64,000 nucleotides of DNA, taken from Parabacteroides distasonis (GTDB lineage: Bacteria; Pseudomonadota; Gammaproteobacteria; Burkholderiales; Burkholderiaceae_F). Of the stretch, positions 56,940-64,000 are shown one piece after another. The position numbers were made by a program, and so were the translations under genes. The notes beneath the pieces are model-generated. The model searched no databases. It saw nothing but the letters and a program-made list of their open reading frames with translations, and was not told the origin of the DNA. Every line of letters starts with the position of its first letter. The stretch's first letter is position 1. Location: contig CAVEMY010000001.1 of NCBI GenBank assembly GCA_963617005.1, positions 1,655 to 65,654 of the forward strand, given 5' to 3'.

Positions 56940-59594
56940 ATGGATTTTTCTCACCCTCTGAAAAGCGCTTTCATTCCCCGCTCTGTGGCTGTTGTGGGCG
57001 CAAGTGACCGTAAAGGCAGTCGTGGAACGCTGATTTGGACTGGCGTGATGAATTCGCACAGAATTCTTCAGGCCTATCCTGTGAATCCCAAGTACAAATA
57101 CATTGGCCTCACTCCGTGTTGGGCCAAGCTTTCAGAGTTGCCTGAGAAAGTCGATCTCGTTGTCATTGCAACACCGACTTCCACTGTTCAACAGATTTTG
57201 CGTCAGTGTGCCTCTTTGGGGATTCAAAATGTTCTGATTACCCCGGGAGATGACGCACTCACCTCAGACCGTCTTTGGCGACGTAAAATCGCCAAGTTCT
57301 GCCAAACCAATGGCATTCGGTTAATTGGACCAGGATCATTGGGACTTATTCGTCCGCAGATTGGCTTAAACGTAAGCTACTGGCCTACATTGCCTCGAAT
57401 CGGTCACGTGGGACTGATTTGTCAATCCTCTTCTGTCGCGGCTGCCGTTTTAGACTATGCAAGCCGTGCGACTTTCGGATTTTCCTCGGTCTTAACCGCA
57501 GGCGCAGAAAGCGATGTGACTTTAGCGCAGATGCTCGACTTCTTAGCCGATGACCCCGACACAGAAGTCATCGCTATGCACATTGAAACTTTGGTGCATC
57601 CAAGAGCCTTTTTCTCAGCGTTGCGCGCTGCTTCTCGCACAAAGCCTGTGATTGTCCTTAAAACAGGACGAGGGGCCTTCTCGGCTCGTCTTATTGCCTC
57701 GCGCTACGCGATGCCTGCGTGCGACGATGGGGCGTTTGATGCCATGCTTGAGAGAACGGCTTGCATTCGTTGCGACAGAGTCGAAGATTTCTGTGCATCG
57801 CTTGATTTGTTCTCAACACACAAAGATGCCGGCAATGGCAATCTCGCCCTTGTTGCCAATGGCCTTGGGTTTGCTGCTCTTGCAGCCGATGCAACACAAG
57901 CGGGAAATGTGTCTCTAGCCGCTTTAAGCGACGCAACATCAAGCGACTTAAATAAGCTCACAGGACAAGAGTCGCTTCTTACCAACCCCGTTGATCTCGG
58001 ATTTGAAGCAACTCCGGCTCTATTTTCTCGCGTGGTGAAACTTCTTTTGGCTGACAAAGCGGTCGATGCCGTTTTGCTTGCCTTATCTCCCACAGCAACA
58101 ACAGATATCAGCTCGTTAATCCTTGCCTTAGAAGAACCTCTTTGCGAGAGTTTTAAGCCCATTATCTTCGTTTGGACGGGAGCGGCTTTGACGCAAGCCG
58201 AACGCGATGCCTTCTCGCGCCTACATGTTCCTGTACTCGGTTCCATTGATAGCGCTGTAAGAGCCTATAGGCACCTATTTGAGCGAAAGAAAGCACGTGA
58301 ATTGACGCTACGAGCCCCAAAGGCAGGCTCAGAGGCTGCTCGCCACGATTTTGGTGTTGTGCGTGACATTATTGAAGAGGCACACAACCAAAAACGTAAT
58401 CGTTTAACGCCCGAGCAGTGCGAAAGACTTTTGCATGCGATTAGCATCCCGTCGGCAAAGGGCTCACTTGTCACTTCTGCGGCTGACGCCGTTGCTGTGG
58501 CGAAAAATTTAGATGGACCCGTGGCGCTTAAGATTTGTGCTGAAGGCCTTGAACAGCGCTCAAGAATTGGCGGCATCATTCTTAATTCAACCGATGTCGC
58601 AAAAGATTTCACCTATTTAAAGCGTCTGTGCGCAAAAGCTGCGCCCCTTGCCTCCTTTACGGGAATCTTGGTTCAAAAGATGTCTGAGCGCCCAAATGCG
58701 CGCGAATTAAAGCTCTCTCTTACCCGAGACCCGGTTTTAGGACCGGTTCTTGCGCTTTCTGCTGGCGGCAAGATTGGGGAGCTTTTCCCACAAAAGGAAA
58801 TGGCTCTTGCGCCATTAACAGAGCCCTTAGCGCGCAATATGGTTGAAAAGAGCGTTGTCTACTCGGCACTTGAATCGTTCCGAGGACAACCTAAGGTCGA
58901 TATTGATGCGCTCGTCAATGCCATTTTGGAAGTTTCACGTCTTGCAACAGAAATCCCTGCGATTACTGAACTTGAAATCAATCCTTTGATTGCTGACGAG
59001 CTCGGAGTCTTAGCTCTCGATACGACCGCAGGGTTTAGCCCCAATGCTCTCGCTTCTGACGAAACGCACTCTCATATGCTGATTTCTCCGGCACCGAACT
59101 TTACCTTCACCATCGATTCGAAGTTACAGGTTCGTACACTTCGCGCCGATGATGTTGAGGCCTTGAAGGCTTTTGCAGGACGACTTTCGGAGAAAACGGC
59201 CTTCTTGCGACTTCAAAAAAGAGCAAGCGAAATCACAGATGAAGAATATATTCGCTACACGCAACTCGATTACGATAGAGAGCGTGCCTATGTTCTAGTG
59301 GATTCCAATCGCGCTGATGCGCAAATTCACGCCGTTGCGCGCTTCGTTATAAAACCCGAATTAAAGACGGCTGAGTTTGGTTTAGTGATTGAAGACGCCT
59401 TCCAGCGTCGGGGGCTTGGGACAAAACTGATGAAAATTCTTCTTTCCGAAGCTACGAAACTCGGAGCTCAATCCTTGTTTGGCGTTGTTCTCATCGAAAA
59501 CGAGGCGATGAAAAAGCTCTTAACAAAGTTAAAGTTCATCCCTGAAGCGGTTCCTAACAATAACGATATTCGGATTTATCGAAAAACACTCTAA
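56940..59594 (+). CDS. patZ: Protein lysine acetyltransferase Pat/PatZ type (ADP-forming acetyl-CoA synthetase-like domains + C-terminal GNAT)
   Basis: 884 aa. Has N-terminal CoA-binding SVAVVGASDRKGSRG, a succinyl-CoA-ligase-like and ATP-grasp middle part, and a C-terminal GNAT motif A (FQRRGLGTKLM). Confidence 0.8.
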   Translation: MDFSHPLKSAFIPRSVAVVGASDRKGSRGTLIWTGVMNSHRILQAYPVNPKYKYIGLTPCWAKLSELPEKVDLVVIATPTSTVQQILRQCASLGIQNVLITPGDDALTSDRLWRRKIAKFCQTNGIRLIGPGSLGLIRPQIGLNVSYWPTLPRIGHVGLICQSSSVAAAVLDYASRATFGFSSVLTAGAESDVTLAQMLDFLADDPDTEVIAMHIETLVHPRAFFSALRAASRTKPVIVLKTGRGAFSARLIASRYAMPACDDGAFDAMLERTACIRCDRVEDFCASLDLFSTHKDAGNGNLALVANGLGFAALAADATQAGNVSLAALSDATSSDLNKLTGQESLLTNPVDLGFEATPALFSRVVKLLLADKAVDAVLLALSPTATTDISSLILALEEPLCESFKPIIFVWTGAALTQAERDAFSRLHVPVLGSIDSAVRAYRHLFERKKARELTLRAPKAGSEAARHDFGVVRDIIEEAHNQKRNRLTPEQCERLLHAISIPSAKGSLVTSAADAVAVAKNLDGPVALKICAEGLEQRSRIGGIILNSTDVAKDFTYLKRLCAKAAPLASFTGILVQKMSERPNARELKLSLTRDPVLGPVLALSAGGKIGELFPQKEMALAPLTEPLARNMVEKSVVYSALESFRGQPKVDIDALVNAILEVSRLATEIPAITELEINPLIADELGVLALDTTAGFSPNALASDETHSHMLISPAPNFTFTIDSKLQVRTLRADDVEALKAFAGRLSEKTAFLRLQKRASEITDEEYIRYTQLDYDRERAYVLVDSNRADAQIHAVARFVIKPELKTAEFGLVIEDAFQRRGLGTKLMKILLSEATKLGAQSLFGVVLIENEAMKKLLTKLKFIPEAVPNNNDIRIYRKTL

Positions 59595-59608
59595 GAAGGG
59601 GGAATGTT

Positions 59609-60610
59609 ATGCGTATTTTTCTTACGGGCGGAATGGGATTTATTGGCTCCCACACTGCCGTTGAATTGCTGGAAACTGGTCACGAAGTCACTCTCTTTGA
59701 TAACCTCTCAAACGCCTCAGAAGACGTCATAGAGCGCATTCAAAAGATTACAGGGAAGACTCCCCTTTTTATCAAAGGCGATATCCGTGATGAAAAAGCC
59801 TTAAAAGAGGCTTTCGCCCAAACAAAGCCTGACGTAGTGATTCACTTCGCGGGTCTTAAGGCCGTTGGCGAATCCTGCGAAAAACCCCTTACGTACTACG
59901 ACAATAATGTTAATGGCACAGTCGTCCTCTTGAAGGCAATGCGTGAGGCTGGCGTCTTTAATCTTTTGTTTTCTTCTTCGTGCACAGTCTACGGAACCCC
60001 GCAAAAGCTTCCGATCACAGAAGACCACCCCGTAGGTGGCGTCACAAACCCCTATGGACGCACAAAGCTTATCATCGAAAAGATTTTGCAGGACTTATGC
60101 GCTGCAGATAAGCGCTTTCACGTCATTTGCTTGAGATACTTCAACCCGATTGGTGCGCACCCAAGTGGCTTAATCGGCGAAAACCCCAACGGCATCCCCA
60201 ATAATCTATTGCCGTATGTGGCGCGAGTTGCCTCAGGAAAGCTTGACTACGTCCGAGTCTTTGGAGATGACTACCCCACAAAAGACGGCACGGGGGTGCG
60301 CGACTACATTCACGTTGTTGACCTGGCGCGAGGGCACGTTGCAGCGCTTTCACGCCTAAAGGCAACCGCAGGCTGCGAAGCGATTAATTTGGGGACGGGA
60401 ACGGGTTATAGCGTGCTCGAGATTATTAAAGCCTACGAGAAGGCCTCGGGCCGCCCGATTGCCTATAAGATCACACCGCGCCGCGCAGGAGACGTCGCTG
60501 CCAATTGGGCAGATCCCACGCTCGCCTTAAAGCTCCTAGGCTGGAAGGCCCAATTAGGAATCGAAGCCATGTGTCGCGACTCTTGGAATTTCGAGACGCA
60601 GCAAAAGTAA
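59609..60610 (+). CDS. galE: UDP-glucose 4-epimerase
   Basis: TGGMGFIGSH, SSSCTVYG, YGRTKL (YxxxK), RYFNPIGAHPSG, and DYPT.DGTGVRDYIHV. Confidence 0.9.
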   Translation: MRIFLTGGMGFIGSHTAVELLETGHEVTLFDNLSNASEDVIERIQKITGKTPLFIKGDIRDEKALKEAFAQTKPDVVIHFAGLKAVGESCEKPLTYYDNNVNGTVVLLKAMREAGVFNLLFSSSCTVYGTPQKLPITEDHPVGGVTNPYGRTKLIIEKILQDLCAADKRFHVICLRYFNPIGAHPSGLIGENPNGIPNNLLPYVARVASGKLDYVRVFGDDYPTKDGTGVRDYIHVVDLARGHVAALSRLKATAGCEAINLGTGTGYSVLEIIKAYEKASGRPIAYKITPRRAGDVAANWADPTLALKLLGWKAQLGIEAMCRDSWNFETQQK

Positions 60611-60623
60611 GAAGCCCATAACC

Positions 60624-60650
60624 AAAACGCCGCAAAAATCGCGGCGTTTT
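60624..60650. terminator. Bidirectional intrinsic terminator between galE and rplQ
   Basis: Perfect stem AAAACGCCGC/GCGGCGTTTT, with A/T tracts on both sides serving both convergent genes. Confidence 0.7.
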
Positions 60651-60681
60651 GGCTTCTCTTAGGAGAACACGGAAACTTCCA

Positions 60682-61128
60682 TTAGGACTTCGGAGCTTCT
60701 TCAGCCTTCACGTCCTCGGCCTTGGCCTCTTCGACCTTGGCAGGAGCCTTCTCTTCCGCTGGCTTCACAGCGGGCTTTTCTGTGAGTTCAACATAAGCCA
60801 TCGGAGCATTGTCTCCGACGCGGAAACCCATCTTCAAGACGCGTGTGTAGCCGCCGTTGCGGTTAGCAAAGCGCGGTCCTAACTCATCGAAGAGCTTCAC
60901 GACAACTTCGCGATCGCGCAAGCGATTAAACGCTAAGCGGCGATTGGCAACCGTCGGGTTCTTCGCAAGAGTAATCATCGGTTCAACAACGCGGCGAAGT
61001 TCTTTGGCCTTCGGCAATGTTGTCTTAATGGCCTCATGGCGAAGCAAGGAGCACATCATGTTGCGAAGCATCGCAAGGCGATGAGCGGTTGTACGATTGA
61101 GTTTACGCAATCCAGAACGGTGACGCAT
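60682..61128 (-). CDS. rplQ: 50S ribosomal protein L17 (with Ala/Lys/Glu-rich C-terminal tail)
   Basis: [24 protein letters not shown]... is canonical L17. Confidence 0.95.
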   Translation of the reverse strand: MRHRSGLRKLNRTTAHRLAMLRNMMCSLLRHEAIKTTLPKAKELRRVVEPMITLAKNPTVANRRLAFNRLRDREVVVKLFDELGPRFANRNGGYTRVLKMGFRVGDNAPMAYVELTEKPAVKPAEEKAPAKVEEAKAEDVKAEEAPKS

Positions 61129-61258
61129 TTTTTTATTTCCTTATATCAATTTCTTTGGACGCTTCTTAGGGTCTTTCCTAAGAGGCCCTCCCAACTCTTC
61201 TATCCGATTTCACTTAACCAAAATCAGCGGGCGGGTTTACGTTAAAAAATATCTTTGA

Positions 61259-61280
61259 GGTAGGAGTGTTGGCTCCTACC
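61259..61280 (-). terminator. Hairpin after rpoA (possible attenuator between rpoA and rplQ)
   Basis: 8-bp stem GGTAGGAG/CTCCTACC, with an A/T-rich tract downstream on the minus strand. Confidence 0.35.
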
Positions 61281-61295
61281 TTAAAGCGTGACTGA

Positions 61296-62291
61296 CTAGC
61301 TTTCGAGATTGGCGGGCGGCCAATTTTCGAGCCTCATACCGAGAGTCAAACCGTGAGCCGCTAACACATCCTTAATTTCATTTAAGGACTTACGGCCTAA
61401 GTTTGGCGTCTTCAAGAGTTCGTTTTCTGTTCTCTGAATCAAGTCGCCGATGTAGTAAATATTTTCGGCCTTCAAGCAGTTAGCAGAACGAACAGTGAGT
61501 TCGAGGTCGTCGACCAAGCGCAAAAGAATCGGATCCAATGGAGGAGGCGTTTCTTCCTGAGCGGCTTGTTCGGCTTCCGTTTCTGTCTTAATCGAACCAA
61601 AGATCGAGAGTTGGTCTTGAAGAATGCGCACGGCACTCTTTAAGGCATCCTCAGGGCTGATAACACCATTGGTCTCGATTTCCATCTCGAGCTTATCAAG
61701 GTCAGTGCGCTGACCGACGCGAGCGGCTTCAACCTTGTAGGCCACACGGCGCACAGGCGAGAAGCTTGCATCCAAAATGATGCGGCCAATCGTTTGGCTC
61801 GAGTGGTCGTTTGCGAAGGCACGCATGTCGCCTGGCTGATAGCCGCGACCCGTTTCGACCTTCACTTCCATATCCAAGGATCCGCCCGAGAGCGTAGCAA
61901 TCTCGTGCTCGGGATTTAAGATTTGCACGTCATGCGGCAACACGAAGTCGCCAGCTTTCACAACGCCTTCACCAGACTTCTGAAGACGCAATGTGACTTC
62001 TTCACGGCCGCCTTCGAGCTTGAAGACGACACCCTTAAGGTTCAAAACGATATCAACAACGTCTTCACGAACGCCATTGATCATCGAGAATTCATGCACG
62101 ACGCCAGCGATGCTTAATTCCGTGGGGGCATAGCCGACCATGGAGGCAAGCAAAATGCGACGCAGCGCATTTCCGAGTGTGTGACCGTATCCGCGCTCAA
62201 ACGGTTCGAGCGTAATAACGGCTTTGTTGGGGTTCTTTTCGTCGACGATTGCTTCAATGTTCGTCGGCTTCAAGAGCGTGGTATTAGCCAT
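61296..62291 (-). CDS. rpoA: DNA-directed RNA polymerase alpha subunit
   Basis: [21 protein letters not shown] and C-terminal domain [12 protein letters not shown]...IGDL. Confidence 0.97.
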   Translation of the reverse strand: MANTTLLKPTNIEAIVDEKNPNKAVITLEPFERGYGHTLGNALRRILLASMVGYAPTELSIAGVVHEFSMINGVREDVVDIVLNLKGVVFKLEGGREEVTLRLQKSGEGVVKAGDFVLPHDVQILNPEHEIATLSGGSLDMEVKVETGRGYQPGDMRAFANDHSSQTIGRIILDASFSPVRRVAYKVEAARVGQRTDLDKLEMEIETNGVISPEDALKSAVRILQDQLSIFGSIKTETEAEQAAQEETPPPLDPILLRLVDDLELTVRSANCLKAENIYYIGDLIQRTENELLKTPNLGRKSLNEIKDVLAAHGLTLGMRLENWPPANLES

Positions 62292-62480
62292 AAATGTCTT
62301 TCCTTTTCAATACCCTCGGCTCGTTACACCGATAAGGCTGAGATTGGAAAACCGGGGAATCTCACTATTGGAAAGCACCACACTGTCCCCGTAATACGTG
62401 CGGTGCCCAAAAACTTACAATCCTCGCCTTCATCAACTTGCCATTGAGGCAAGTCACAAAGACGAGGAACGTCGTTAAGA

Positions 62481-63107
62481 TTAACGCGAGTAAAGTTCGA
62501 CCACGAGCGATTCGTTGATATCGGGTGCGATTTCGTCGCGGGCGGGGACGCTCTTGAAGGTGCCTTGCATCTTCTTGGCGTCAACTTCGACCCAGCTCGG
62601 GAAACCGAGCTGACCAGCCAACTCGAGCGCATCGACGATGCGAGCCTGTTTCTTGGCGCCTTCGCGCACAGAAATCACATCACCGGGCTTCACAGTGTAA
62701 GACGGAATGTTGCACTTCTTGTCGTTAACAAGAATCGCGCAGTGGCTTACCAACTGACGGGCTTCGGCGCGTGTGGAGCCAAATCCCATACGATAAACCA
62801 CATTGTCAAGGCGGCTTTCCAAAATGCTAAGGAGGATTTCGCCGGTGTTACCAGGGCGAGAAGCAGCCGTAGCGTAGCAGCGGCGGAACTGCTTTTCCAA
62901 TAGACCATAGGTGCGCTTCATCTTCTGCTTTTCGCGCAACTGTGTGCCATAGTCCGAGAGACGCTGGCCAGAGGTCTTTCCGTGCTGACCGGGTTTGACG
63001 TCAGCGGCCTTGACTTTGCTATCGAACGAGCGACGAGCGCTCTTAAGGTTAAGATCTGAGCCCTCACGGCGAGAGAGCTTCAATTTAGGACCGAGATATC
63101 GTGCCAT
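62481..63107 (-). CDS. rpsD: 30S ribosomal protein S4
   Basis: [16 protein letters not shown]... is canonical S4. Confidence 0.97.
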   Translation of the reverse strand: MARYLGPKLKLSRREGSDLNLKSARRSFDSKVKAADVKPGQHGKTSGQRLSDYGTQLREKQKMKRTYGLLEKQFRRCYATAASRPGNTGEILLSILESRLDNVVYRMGFGSTRAEARQLVSHCAILVNDKKCNIPSYTVKPGDVISVREGAKKQARIVDALELAGQLGFPSWVEVDAKKMQGTFKSVPARDEIAPDINESLVVELYSR

Positions 63108-63193
63108 TTTTTAGTTACCTCTTCTATCCTGCGGTTACCCGCATTCAGTTTGCACATCCGATAAATGCACAAACACAGGATACGAAAAATCAA

Positions 63194-63601
63194 TTACATG
63201 CGACGACGCTTGCTGGGGCGAACGCCGTTATGGGGGATCGGTGTGACGTCCTGAATGCTTGTGACGCGAATGCCAAGGGCATTGAGCGCACGCACGCTTG
63301 ACTCACGGCCAGGTCCCGGTCCAAAAATGCGAACTTCGACATTCTTAAGACCATATTCAAGAGCCTGCTTACCAGCGTGTTCGGCAGCGACCTGAGCGGC
63401 AAAGGGGGTCGATTTACGAGAACCTTTGAAGCCCTGAGCACCGGACGAGGACGCGGCAACGGCGTTACCCTGACGATCCGTAATCGTAATAATTGTGTTG
63501 TTAAAGGAGGCGTGAACGTGAGCGATGCCCTCGGTGACAACCTTCTTTACCTTCTTGCGGCCACGAGCGGCGGCCGACTGCTGTTGCTTTGTGGGAGCCA
63601 T
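63194..63601 (-). CDS. rpsK: 30S ribosomal protein S11
   Basis: [20 protein letters not shown] and [11 protein letters not shown]-like C-terminus ([12 protein letters not shown]). Confidence 0.97.
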   Translation of the reverse strand: MAPTKQQQSAAARGRKKVKKVVTEGIAHVHASFNNTIITITDRQGNAVAASSSGAQGFKGSRKSTPFAAQVAAEHAGKQALEYGLKNVEVRIFGPGPGRESSVRALNALGIRVTSIQDVTPIPHNGVRPSKRRRM

Positions 63602-63620
63602 TAGTCTTCCTTCTCAGAAA

Positions 63621-63986
63621 TTACTTCTTCAACGTGACACCAGCCTTACGCGGTCCCTTACGGGTGCGGGCATTGGTGCGTGTACGCTGACCACGAACGG
63701 GCAAACCCTTACGGTGCCGCATTCCGCGATACGTCCCGAGGTCAATCAGCCGCTTAATCGAGAGCTGGACTTCGCGACGAAGATCGCCTTCCACACTGAA
63801 TTGACCGATGGCATCACGGATCTTTTCGAGTTCCGCGTCCGTCAGGTCCTTCACTTTCTTGGAATATTCGACGCCACAAGAATCCAAAATCTGCATCGCG
63901 CGAGAGCGGCCAATGCCAAAAATGGCAGTGAGACCGATCACAGCATGCTGATTGGGCGGAATATTAATACCGGCAATACGAGCCAT
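63621..63986 (-). CDS. rpsM: 30S ribosomal protein S13
   Basis: [10 protein letters not shown]...GIG...[18 protein letters not shown]. Confidence 0.97.
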   Translation of the reverse strand: MARIAGINIPPNQHAVIGLTAIFGIGRSRAMQILDSCGVEYSKKVKDLTDAELEKIRDAIGQFSVEGDLRREVQLSIKRLIDLGTYRGMRHRKGLPVRGQRTRTNARTRKGPRKAGVTLKK

Positions 63987-64000
63987 ATTTATTTACCTCT

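Noticed and set aside
57704-58246. 180-aa ORF antisense within patZ. Similar long internal ORFs occur at 9175..9663 (in ffh), 42530..43006 (in argS), 49653..50123 and 49843..50238 (in uup), and 13088..13453 (in metI).
   Set aside because: All lie inside genes with unambiguous family motifs on the other frame or strand. They show Arg/Ser/Ala-rich composition typical of out-of-frame reading of GC-moderate coding DNA.
1-64000. CRISPR arrays, IS elements/transposases, rRNA operons, toxin-antitoxin pairs, known defence-system gene signatures
   Set aside because: None seen. The only tandem repeats are the 4-unit array at 30829..30890 and coding low-complexity repeats, and no transposase or integrase-like ORFs appear in the track.

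Overview
The window reads as core chromosome of a moderate-GC Gram-negative bacterium. The gene order looks betaproteobacterial (Burkholderiales-like). Supporting blocks are TPR-lolB-ispE-tRNA-Gln-prs-rplY-pth-ychF, methyltransferase-like-rnhA-dnaQ, separate hldA/hldD/gmhB, mlaFEDACB with mlaA inside the operon, argS-SPOR-dsbA, divergent rsmI/lpoA, and the alpha ribosomal operon rpsM-rpsK-rpsD-rpoA-rplQ at the right edge. A periplasmic asparaginase, brnQ and a PflX-like radical SAM enzyme fit an asaccharolytic or anaerobic (possibly gut Sutterellaceae-like) lifestyle, but that taxonomic guess is inference only. I support about 70 CDS, 6 tRNAs (Gln-TTG, Gly-CCC, Lys-TTT, Lys-CTT, Met/Ile2-CAT), several intrinsic terminators and two near-consensus sigma70 promoters in front of tRNA genes. 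I found no CRISPR array, IS element, integrase, prophage block or rRNA. I also do not see a convincing new multi-gene system, because most of the window is housekeeping and envelope-biogenesis genes. The best leads are listed here. (1) An orphan, catalytically intact-looking zinc-ribbon+TOPRIM primase-like gene sits between waaA and the heptose genes. (2) Four tandem 15-16 bp direct repeats lie in the mlaF upstream region and overlap the end of a thioesterase gene. (3) A thioesterase + lysophospholipid acyltransferase pair is codirectional with mla. (4) An XRE regulator is tightly linked to an AsmA-like gene. (5) A secreted C45/Ntn-hydrolase-like protein has Ser where Cys is expected, and is paired with a DUF3455 lipoprotein. 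(6) A DUF1801-like domain is fused to a histone-H1-like Lys/Ala tail of roughly 200 aa. (7) FNR/CRP-type palindromes lie upstream of brnQ and ansB. All functional calls rest on remembered family motifs and synteny. No database search was run.
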